Below the pieces are notes generated by a model that saw only the letters and a list, made by a program, of their open reading frames with translations, had not been told where the DNA came from and made no database searches. Source: Octopus sinensis (lineage: Eukaryota). From it: a stretch of 26,615 nt of DNA. Shown here piece after piece: positions 1 through 9,209 of this stretch (its first letter is position 1; every line of letters begins with the position of its first letter). Position numbers and translations under genes: made by a program. Location: assembly GCF_006345805.1 (NCBI RefSeq), contig NW_021836642.1:1-26615 (forward strand). Reading direction: 5' to 3'.

Positions 1-509
1 TTCTATATGTAAATCTTCTAGCGTTACATGTGAATACAGAGTTGGAAATGATGTTAAATAAAAATATTGTCTTCTTTAGAAAACAGAAAAATAATATAAA
101 ATTTTCTAGTGGATCCATTTTCATGGAATTTGTCAATTTGTACGATGTATCATAACAAAAATTAACTTCAGGAAAACACAGAAACACTTCATGTGCAAAA
201 GGAATTTTTTAAAGTACTCAATGCAATAAATATCTTACTCTGCACATTCATACTTTGAATTATGTGGTACTTTTGAGTATTTTGTACTTTTAGAATCGCT
301 AATGGCTATCAAAAATCAGGTTTACCTACTCAAAATGTTGCAGATACATTTGTGTGTGTGTGGTGTGTGTGTGTGTGTGTGCGTGTGTGTGCGTGTGTGT
401 ATAAATATCAATATATACCATGAGATATATGGACAATGTTTTATATTATTTTCTGCTTAATAGATGAAAGTATAAAATTCTTTCAAGCATATATATATAT
501 ATATATATA

Positions 510-755
510 CTCTTTTACTCTTTTACTTGTTTCCGCCATTTGACTGCGGCCATGCTGGAGTACTGCCTTTAGACGAACAAATCGACCCCAAGATGGGCTT
601 CTTTTCAGTTTCCGTCTACCAACTTCACTCATAAGGCATTGGTCGGCCCGAGGCTATAGTAGAAGACACTTACCCAAGGTGCCACGCAGTGGGACCGAAC
701 CCGGAACCATGTGGTTGGTAAACAAGCTACTTACCAAACAGCCACTCCTGCGCCT
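510..755 (-). mobile_element. tRNA-derived SINE (family Y here)
   Basis: Minus strand begins AGGCGCAGGAGTGGCTGTTTGGTAAG with a B-box-like GGTTCGGTCCC, and ends in the tail TAAAGGCAGTACTCCAGCATGGCCGCAGTC...GTAAAAGAGTAAAAGAG. The tail recurs at 8851 and ~17813. Confidence 0.85.
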
Positions 756-837
756 ATTTTATCTTTGGGCTCGTCCGGTAATATATATATATATATATAT
801 AAAAAGAGATAACAAACGAGTAAACGGTAATAAACGA

Positions 838-1068
838 TTATCTTCTGAACTTCATTAGCTTACAATAGTTGCCGCTGTATAACTTGCAGTACACTCAGAG
901 TAGAGGGCCTCGGTTAAAGCTTTCTGGTTCATCGGAGCCTCAAACATGAAGTGGCACGTCAAGTCTGACGCTCCGACCACGCAATAAGCCTTTACTCAGG
1001 AACTCAAATACGAGTCCACCTCATAATACAGCGGAAACAGCTGTAAGTTAATGAAGTTAATGAGATAA
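838..1068. mobile_element. MITE-like element or long imperfect inverted repeat
   Basis: 848-880 is the reverse complement of 1026-1058 at 28/33 positions, extending weakly to 838 and 1068. Non-coding interior; no TSD identified. Confidence 0.5.
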
Positions 1069-1204
1069 AACTTTATTCCTGTCTCACATCTGTTTTCTTA
1101 TTACCGCTCTGTATTCGGCTCTGATTCGTTCTGAAGCATACGTATATTGAGTTCTACATCAGGTTATTAGTATCGCCATGCCTACCCACCCCCACTCACC
1201 TTGA

Positions 1205-1380
1205 ATATATATATATATATGTGTGTGTGTGTGAGTGTGTGTATACATGTATATATATATATATATATAGTTATATATGTATATATGTATATGTATAATA
1301 TATATATATATGTATATATGCCGTCATATATATATATATATATGTACATACACACACACACCTATATATATATATATATA

Positions 1381-1417
<37 letters not shown>

Positions 1418-1532
1418 TTTTTGTTTGGTTTTGATTTTTTCAGTCTTATCTTGTTTACACTCCCCACCCATTCTGTTGAATATTATAAACATCATCATCA
1501 TCATCACCACCACGAGCATCAACAGTATTAGA

Positions 1533-1572
<40 letters not shown>

Positions 1573-1606
1573 GCAGCAGTTGTTGTAGTAGTAGTAGTAG
1601 CAGCAG
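1205..1606. repeat. Compound microsatellites (TA/TG, then CAT/CAG/CAA/TAG)
   Basis: Visible simple repeats separated by a short unique stretch. Confidence 0.9.
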
Positions 1607-1944
1607 AATCGGTAGTTGAAGTAGGTAAAGGGAATGAGAAATAGGAATAAAAATATGGCTGATTCTTTTCGTCGTCTTCATAATTAGGAACTGTTTGGGC
1701 AACCGAGATTATTTCGATGAAAGAATTTATAATGACGGCAGTGGAAAAACTGCATTAACCATGCTGAAAAGTAACAGAAAATAGACAAAAAAAATAAACA
1801 AAAATCAAAAGCAAAAAGAAAAGAAATCAATAATAGGAGGAAACAAACAAAAAAAATAAATGTTTCTCTCTTCAAAACGTTTCAAGTTTCTCAAAAAGTT
1901 GAAGTAAAAATCATAAAATAATCATGAACCTCTCCCCAACCCGC

Positions 1945-2716
1945 TCACACACGCTTGCACCGACACACACACACACACAACACACACACACACTCACGTT
2001 CACACACACAAGCACACACATGTACACACGCGCAAATACAAATACACAATTGCACATACACGCACAGGTACACACGCAAATACACACACATACTCACGCT
2101 CACACACACATATATACATGCACGCACACACAAACACACACACACTCACGTTCACACACACACAAGCACACACATATACACACGCGCAAATACAAATACA
2201 CAATTGCACATACACGCACAGGTACACACGCAAATACACACACACTCACACGCTCACACACACATACTCACGCTCACACACACATATACACATGCACTCA
2301 CACACAAACACACGCACACACACACTCACGTTCACACACACAAGCACACACACATACACACGCACAAATACAAATACACAATTGCACATACACGCACAGG
2401 TACACACACAAATACACGCACATACTCACGCTCACACACACATATACACATGCACTCACACACAAACACACGCACACACACACTCACGTTCACACACACA
2501 AGCACACACATATACACACGCGCAAATACAAATACACAATTGCACATACACGCACAGGTACACACGCAAATATACACACATACTCACGCTCACACATGCA
2601 CATGCTCACGCTCACACACACATATACACATGCACGCACACAGAAACACACGCACTCACAAATGCACATGCACGCACAGGTACACACGCAAATACACACA
2701 CACATTCACCCACATA
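1945..2716. repeat. CA-rich higher-order minisatellite, unit ~154-178 bp, ~4.5 copies
   Basis: Anchor CAATTGCACATACACGCACAGGTACACAC at 2047, 2201, 2379 and 2537, with a partial copy near 2670. Confidence 0.85.
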
Positions 2717-2869
2717 CGTAAACAGTCCAAACGCGCTTTTATAAATGGCATTTTAAAAACTTCTTTCTGATTATTTACATTTATAGTTTTCATATTGTTT
2801 TTGTTTCATTATAAAATTTTTTGTTCCATTTCCTTCTTTTAATTGTACAAAATTGTTTTTTCTTTGTGA

Positions 2870-2873
2870 TTAC

Positions 2874-2904
<31 letters not shown>

Positions 2905-3095
2905 GTTATTATTATTATTATATTATTATTATATTATTATTATTATTATTATTGTTGTTGTTGTTATTGTTATCATTGTTATTATCGTTATTATTATTAT
3001 ATTATTATTATTATTATTATTGTATTATTATTATTATTATTATTATATATTCTTATTATTATTATTATTATTATTATATTTTTATTTATTATTAT
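2870..3095. repeat. (TAT)n microsatellite
   Basis: Visible trinucleotide repeat with TGT/CAT variants. Confidence 0.95.
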
Positions 3096-3105
3096 TCTGA
3101 TTCTG

Positions 3106-3230
3106 ATTCTGAGTTCAAGTTTCGCCGTGACCAACTTTGCCTTTCGTCCTTTCACGGTCGACAAATTAAGTACCAATTGAGCACTGTCATCGACTACGAT
3201 CGACTGTCCCCCTCCTCACAAAATTTGCCG
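3106..3230 (+). mobile_element. Diverged 5'-truncated SINE (family Z)
   Basis: TTCTGAGTTCAAGTTTCGCCG...CTTTGCCTTTCGTCCTTTC...AAATTAAGTACCA aligns by eye to the copies at 12341 and 25990. Confidence 0.75.
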
Positions 3231-3329
3231 AGATTAGGGTGTCGAATGTGCCGCCAGAAATATCCCTTACCAGGTTAATGGCGGCCGTCTTGGCAGGTTT
3301 AGAAGAATACTAAATCACAATATTGGAGG

Positions 3330-3535
3330 TCAAGAAACTGCCTAAGCAAAACTGGTTCGGTATAGGTATGGAACTGATCTTGCAAATGCAAGCAGGACCA
3401 TATCGACCAGCTGCCCGATCTAATCGATTTCCCTGATGGCACTCACCTGTCAGTGTTTGCGAAGGATAGAAACCCAAGATACCACAAATGTGGATCTGTA
3501 AATCACTTAAAGGCTTTCTGCCCTGAAACTAGGAA
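3330..3535 (+). pseudogene. LINE ORF1/gag-like fragment with a degenerate CCHC zinc knuckle
   Basis: With one frameshift it reads GMELILQM..QDHIDQLPDLIDFPDGTHLSVFAKDRNPR-YHKCGSVNHLKAFC-P. This is a CX2CX4HX4C pattern with the first C as Y (TAC for TGC) at 3480-3521. Confidence 0.55.
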
Positions 3536-3539
3536 ACAT

Positions 3540-3951
3540 TTTACGTAGGACTACAGAAAGTGAGATCAAGGCTATAACAAATAATAGAGGTGAACCAGTG
3601 GCTCCTTGGAAGATACCTCTTTTGATTGATACCTCGGCTAAAAGCTGGTTGTTGCAGGAACGACGCGTTTTCCAACTAGACATGCTGTTCTTAATCAGTG
3701 CACACATGTTCTCAGCTATTCCACACATGTCGAGTGTTTCCAAAATCCACGAATGCGGCAACATGTCGTAAGCGTTTCTGAAGTCTATCTCGGTCATGCA
3801 TAAGTTTTTTTGGTACCGTTTACAGTTCTTCATTATAACCTTGTCTCTCAAAAGGTGGTCCTTAATGCCCTTGGATCTATTTCGGCATCATTTTTGTTCT
3901 ACTGGCAGAAGATTGTTTTCCGCAAGGAACGTATACAATTTCCTTGCGTGG
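3540..3951 (-). mobile_element. Non-LTR retrotransposon reverse transcriptase fragment, R4/Dong-like
   Basis: LYTFLAENNLLPVEQK*CRNRSKGIKDHLLRDK...IDFRNAYDMLPHSWILETL...IKRGIFQGATGSPLLFVIAL matches the EQKGC, IDYxKAYDxVPHSW and RGIFQGDxLSPLLF motifs. One in-frame stop; the 5' end abuts (TAA)n. Confidence 0.85.
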
Positions 3952-4071
<120 letters not shown>

Positions 4072-4112
4072 CTACTACTACTACTAATATTATTATTATT
4101 ATTATTATTATT

Positions 4113-4529
4113 GAGTGAGAGAGCAGTGCATGCCATCAAAGTGACACTGGGGTAAAATATACGAAGCCCAATATACCCATCATGACTACCCGTCTGATAA
4201 AGGTACACCAGGCACATGCATCACAACCATATGTACGCGACATGGTGATCTCATATCAAGATAACAGCACATGACCTTGCAGGTGGGGCCCAGTTAGAAT
4301 TTTCTTCAGGTTGAGTAGCCCATCCCGCTCAAAAGGTCCCTGAATAAGGATTGTTTAAGGATGTTGAAAGAACCACCCATGTTTCCAGAGGTGAATTATT
4401 CAAACCCCAAAGAATCCCTCTCACACATGGCTATGATGCTCCCCCACTACTTCTGCTCGTGATCAGAGATGCACATATCGTCAGCCACTAAGGGAATGCT
4501 CAACTGGTTAAGGTCAAACAACTGACAAG

Positions 4530-4530
<1 letters not shown>
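4113..4530 (-). mobile_element. Unclassified ~420-bp (TAA)n-embedded element, copy 1
   Basis: Four copies in the window; the minus strand ends ...CTCTCTCACTC followed by (AAT)n; flanked by (TAA)n on both sides. Strand is inferred from the fixed end and variable truncation. Confidence 0.8.
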
Positions 4531-4566
<36 letters not shown>

Positions 4567-4744
4567 GTTATTATTATTATTATTTACTTTTAATTTGCAC
4601 GTTCGTTACAATCACTAGCCGAGAGACACATCCAGCGTCCTAGGGCGAGTGAAGAATAGGTGATATTACATATGACTGAACGCTTGGGGACGGCAAGTGC
4701 AGGGGCAGTAGCGAATATCTTCATGTACAACAATACATTTAAAC

Positions 4745-4799
<55 letters not shown>

Positions 4800-5213
4800 G
4801 AGTGAGAGAGCAGTGCATGCCATCAAAGTGACACTGGGGTAAAATATACGAAGCCCAATATACCCATCATGACTACCCGTCTGTAAAGGTACACCAGGCA
4901 CATGCATCACAACCATATGTACGCGACATGTGATCTCATATCAAGATAAACACATGACCTTGCAGGTGGGGCCCAGTTAGAATTTTCTTCAGGTTGAGTA
5001 GCCCATCCCGCTCAAAAGGTCCCTGAATAAGGATTGTTTAAGGATGTTGAAAGAACCACCCATGTTTCCAGAGGTGAATTATTCAAACCCCAAAGAATCC
5101 CTGTCACACCATGCTATGATGCTCCCCCACTACTTCTGCTCGTGATCAGAGATGCACATATCGTCAGCCACTAAGGGACATGCTCAACTGGTTAAGGTCA
5201 AACAACTGACAAG

Positions 5214-5214
<1 letters not shown>
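4800..5214 (-). mobile_element. Same element, copy 2 (near-identical to copy 1)
   Basis: Same truncation point (GACAAGC) and same diagnostic bases as copy 1; differs mainly by small indels. Confidence 0.8.
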
Positions 5215-5253
<39 letters not shown>

Positions 5254-5437
5254 GTTATTATTATTATTATTTACTTTTAATTTGCACGTTCGTTACAATC
5301 ACTAGCCGAGAGACACATCCAGCGTCCTAGGGCGAGTGAAGAATAGGTGATATTACAGTATGACTGAACGCTTGGGGACGGCAAGTGGCAGGGGCAGTAG
5401 CGAAATATCTTCATGTAATACAACAATACATTTAAAC

Positions 5438-5492
<55 letters not shown>

Positions 5493-5867
5493 GAGTGAGA
5501 GAGCAGTGCATGCCATCAAAGTGACACTGGGGTAAAATATACGAAGCCCAATATACCCATCATGACTACCCGTCTGATAAAGGTACACCAGGCACATGCA
5601 TCACAACCATCTGTGCGCGACATGGTGATCTCATGTCAAGATAAACACCACATGGCCTTGCAGGTGGGACCCAGTTAGAGTTTTTTCTTCTGGTCGAGTA
5701 ACCCATCCCGCTCAAAAGGTCCCTGAATAAGGGTTGCTTAAGGATGTTGAAAGGACCACCCATGTTTCCAGAGGTGAATTATTCAAACCCCAAAGAATCC
5801 CTGTCAACACATGGCTATGATGCTCCCCCACTACTTCTGCTCGTGATCAGAGATGCGCATATCGTCA
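5493..5867 (-). mobile_element. Same element, copy 3 (more diverged, shorter)
   Basis: Substitutions relative to copies 1 and 2 (e.g. GGGTTGCTTAAGG vs GGATTGTTTAAGG); ends at ATCGTCA. Confidence 0.8.
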
Positions 5868-5918
5868 TTTTTATTATTATTATTATTATTATTATCATCA
5901 TCATCATCATCATTATTA

Positions 5919-5976
<58 letters not shown>

Positions 5977-5990
5977 CATTATTATTATTA

Positions 5991-6027
<37 letters not shown>

Positions 6028-6503
6028 CATCATCACTGCCATATTCACCATTATCATTATTCGACATGTGATAGCTTCAGGCGAATCTCTACTACATCAC
6101 TTGTATTACGTGTTGTGTGTGAATTGGGGATCTGAAACGTAGAGTATATTGTTTATTTTATTGGATGATTTTGCATGATTTTGTCTATTTCGGTTTTGAG
6201 AACTGTCCCTTCTCTACTCTTCTTCTTCTTCTTCTTCTTCTTTCTTCTTCTTCTTCTTCTTCTTCTTTTCTTCTTCTTCTTCTCCTCCTCTTCTTCTTCT
6301 TCTTCTTCTTTTCTTCTTCTTCTTCTTCTTCTTCTTCTTCCCTTCTCTTCTTCCCTTCTTCTTCTTCCTTCTTCTTCTTCTTCTTATCTTATTATTATTA
6401 TTCTATTATTATCATTATTATTAATATTTTCATCACTACTACTACTACTAATACTATACTACTTACTACTACTACTACTACTATACTACTACTACTACTA
6501 CTA
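5868..6503. repeat. Compound trinucleotide microsatellites (TAT/CAT, TCT, TAC)
   Basis: Visible repeats, including a near-pure pyrimidine (TCT)n tract at ~6219-6385. Confidence 0.9.
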
Positions 6504-7092
6504 CGACTCCGAGATCAGTGATAAGTGGATGATAGCTGACGGAAGTGGATATTCCCAAAGAACAGATCTTTTGCATCATCAATCAATTCAAAGCCGTATC
6601 AATTCTTCATGCTGTGGTGGGGGGGGGGGCAATCTCTGGCATAGCAAGAAGGATAAGTAAATACCTCACTCGTCATATGTATTTGGATGCCCCAGTTCAT
6701 AAAAGAAAGCATCCAGGAAAACCTTGATGCGTAGAACATGGCGCGATAATTCGGCGAGAACGGAGAAAGTATATAGTACTACATGGTCAGGCAAATGCTT
6801 ATAAATCTGTCTCACACGAGATGATCCATATATATAAATAATATATATATATATATATATATACATTATATATATATATATAAACAAGAAGGGTAGTAAT
6901 TATTTACTACCAGGTTGTCCAGCACAAAAGACGAATTAATCATAAGGAAAAAATATTATCATATAGAAAAATATTATTTCATGTAGTTATACAATAAGGG
7001 CTCCTAAATTAGGATGCCGAGTGCTGGGACACAAAAAAAGGGGATGAATTTATCGAGAGTGAAAATCAAAAACGTTACCGATAACTTTAACA

Positions 7093-7169
7093 ACTCGAAA
7101 CCGCACGGTTTCTGCTTCTTTCTAGCAAAAACACATAATTATTTGCTAAGGCTGGCTTCGTCAGCGAGT
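7093..7169 (-). ncRNA. Type I hammerhead-ribozyme-like motif with extended stem II
   Basis: Minus strand: ACTCG-CTGACGA-[46 nt containing a TAGCAAA/TTTGCTA stem]-GAAA-CCG-TG-CGG-TT(T)-CGAGT. Stem I extends to 8 bp with two G-U pairs; one extra T at the cleavage junction. Confidence 0.6.
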
Positions 7170-7240
7170 CGCCTAAATTGAATCGAGGTCTGCAGCGATG
7201 TAGGACCAGGTGTTGATCTCGACTACTAGCAGATCTTAAT

Positions 7241-7298
<58 letters not shown>

Positions 7299-7516
7299 AA
7301 TTAGTAAATAAATGGCACAACTAAGTACCGATATTTACTGGAAATAGCGAACGTAAAAATACGACGCTAATGTGTAGCTTCACCGCGTATGTATTAGCAA
7401 AAAATGCGTGTGTGCAACCAAAATAAGGAAAAAGAAAAAAAAACCGTCACGGGCTTAATTTTTACTGGAAGGCAATACTTTGTATTGCATACTGATATAT
7501 ATATATATATATATTA

Positions 7517-8155
7517 ATTAGTTATCGCCATACTAATATGGCATTCTTATAAAATAAGAATAAGCTGTAGCTGCCGGCCAAGTAGTGTGGAGCGACTGAC
7601 CTCCCTGTTCAAAGTTATATGGATACAGTTTGTGTATCAAATAGCTAACTTAAGGCGATGGCCTCATGGAGCTAATAAGCGGACAGCTTTATTCTTATTT
7701 TATAAGAATGCCATATTAGTATGGCGATAACTAATATTTTCCGGGAACGCTGCCGTTGTTCTCTTTTAGAGAGACTTAGTAATTTTAATATTTCTATTAT
7801 GAAAACAAGGGATGTATCCCACCGAAGCTAGGTAAATAAAACTTTGAACAGAGATTGTCAGAAGCGACACCTACTGGTCTGGCTACGCTGCATGAAAAGG
7901 GCAATACCCCGAAACGCGTCTGTACTGCCGGCCAAGTAGTGTGGAGCGACTGACCTCCCTTGTTCAAAGGTATATGGATACAGTTGTGTATCAAATAGCT
8001 AACTTAAGGCGATGGCCTCATGGAGCTAAATAAGCGGATAGCTTTATTCTTATTTTTATAAGAATGCCATATTAGTATGGCGATAACTAATATTTCCGGG
8101 AAACGCTGCCGTTGTTCTCTTTTAGAGAGACTTAGTAATTTTAATATTCTATTAT
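7517..8155 (+). mobile_element. Retrozyme-like or Penelope pseudo-LTR-like non-autonomous element
   Basis: 235-bp direct repeats (7566-7800 and 7921-8155; period 355) separated by a hammerhead-bearing segment. Preceded by a 52-bp inverted copy (7517-7568) of 7683-7735; (TA)n on both sides. Confidence 0.7.
7884..7924 (+). ncRNA. Minimal type I hammerhead-ribozyme-like motif
   Basis: TACG-CTG(C)ATGA-AAA-GGG-CAATAC-CCC-GAAA-CGCG-TC/TGTA. Palindromic stem III ACGCGT, GUC triplet, and one inserted C in the core. Confidence 0.72.
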
Positions 8156-8227
8156 ATATATATAACATATATATATATAAATGTATATATAAATATATGT
8201 ATATATATGTATATATATATGTACATT

Positions 8228-8275
<48 letters not shown>

Positions 8276-8309
8276 ATATATACTTTATTTAAACAGCAGA
8301 AAATTCAAC

Positions 8310-8355
8310 AAAACCTGTTACTCTGAGTTTCCCGTTGCGTTCATCGGACAGTTTT
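8310..8355 (-). ncRNA. Type I hammerhead-like motif, CCGA core variant
   Basis: Minus strand: AAAACTGT-CCGATGA-ACGCAACGG-GAAA-CTC-A-GAG-TA/ACAG-GTTTT. Good stems I and III, GUA triplet, weak 2-bp stem II. Confidence 0.6.
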
Positions 8356-8394
8356 GCTAGAATGGAACCGATATGTCAATTCTATCCAGACTGC

Positions 8395-8476
<82 letters not shown>

Positions 8477-8544
8477 CCGTGTGTGTACCGTTGGCGTTTT
8501 TTTTTTCCTCTGTCTTCCCTTCTCTGGATCTTTCCTTCTCCTAT

Positions 8545-8579
8545 GTTTCCGACGAAGAGCTCCGCTCGAAACGTTAAAC
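8545..8579 (+). ncRNA. Minimal type I hammerhead-like motif, CCGA core variant
   Basis: GTTT-CCGACGA-A-GAGC-TCC-GCTC-GAAA-CG-TT/AAAC, with palindromic AACGTT, inside a (TA)n-flanked segment at ~8474-8686. Confidence 0.65.
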
Positions 8580-8686
8580 CCTCCTTCTTTCATTCTTTCC
8601 TGAGCGTCCAACAATAATACTATATTTGTTCCACGTCCTCGCGTTGTTGTGGTTTTTTTGTGCTTTCTTGTTTGGATTAACTATAT

Positions 8687-8914
8687 AGGCGCAATGGCCT
8701 AGTGGTTAGGGCAGCGGACTTGCGGTCGGAGGATCGCGGTTTCGATTCCCAGACCGGGCGTTGTGTGTGTTTATTGAGCGAAAAAAACACCTTAAAGCTC
8801 CACGAGGCTCCGGCAGGAGGTGGTGATCCCTGCTGTACTCTTCACCACTCTAAAGGCGGTGCTCCAGCATGGCCACAGTCAAATGACTGAAACAAGTACA
8901 AAAAAAAAAAAAAA
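8687..8914 (+). mobile_element. Chimeric tRNA-derived SINE (family X head + shared tail)
   Basis: A-box TGGCCTAGTGG, B-box GTTTCGATTCC. Matches the head of 19865-20250 up to ~8850, then switches to the TAAAGGCGGTGCTCCAGCATGG tail and poly(A). Confidence 0.8.
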
Positions 8915-8929
8915 TATATATATATATCA

Positions 8930-9131
8930 CTGGCACTCCGTCAGATACGACTTTACGACGACAGTTGATTCGAACAAGGGGGAAGCGTGGCAGGTGTTCC
9001 GTGGGAGATTTGCTATGACACAGAATGCGACATACTCGTCCTTTGAAATACAAGCACTGATCATAGTAGTAGAGCAACAGGAAATGAAGTGTCTCGCTCA
9101 AGGATACAACGCTCGGCTGGGAATCAAACTC
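8930..9131 (-). mobile_element. Diverged SINE remnant related to family X
   Basis: Shares GCACTCCGTC and CCTTTGAAATAC with 19865-20250; has a tRNA-like GGGAATCAAACTCAC end. Confidence 0.6.
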
Positions 9132-9178
9132 ACACGCACAAACGCAAACACACATTCACATGTATACATACATTTATG

Positions 9179-9209
<31 letters not shown>

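Larger units (their letters stand above)
4113..5492. repeat. Tandem duplication of a ~690-bp unit (element + TAT + ~160-bp spacer + TAT)
   Basis: Spacer ~4585-4744 recurs at ~5272-5437; element starts at 4113, 4800 and 5493 (periods 687 and 693). Confidence 0.85.

Noticed and set aside
1489-1606. PolyH/polyQ-like tract suggesting a transcription factor exon
   Set aside because: Stops interrupt the frames and there is no convincing splice context; it is a compound microsatellite.
4113-5867. CRISPR-like repeat-spacer array
   Set aside because: The units are ~690 bp with identical spacers, in a eukaryotic context with no cas genes.
6080-6145. GAAACGTAGAG with upstream CTCTAC
   Set aside because: No catalytic core adjacent to the putative stem I.
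8687-8760. tRNA gene (also 20175-20250 and similar heads)
   Set aside because: A and B boxes are present, but there is no convincing cloverleaf and the sequence continues into repeated SINE bodies.
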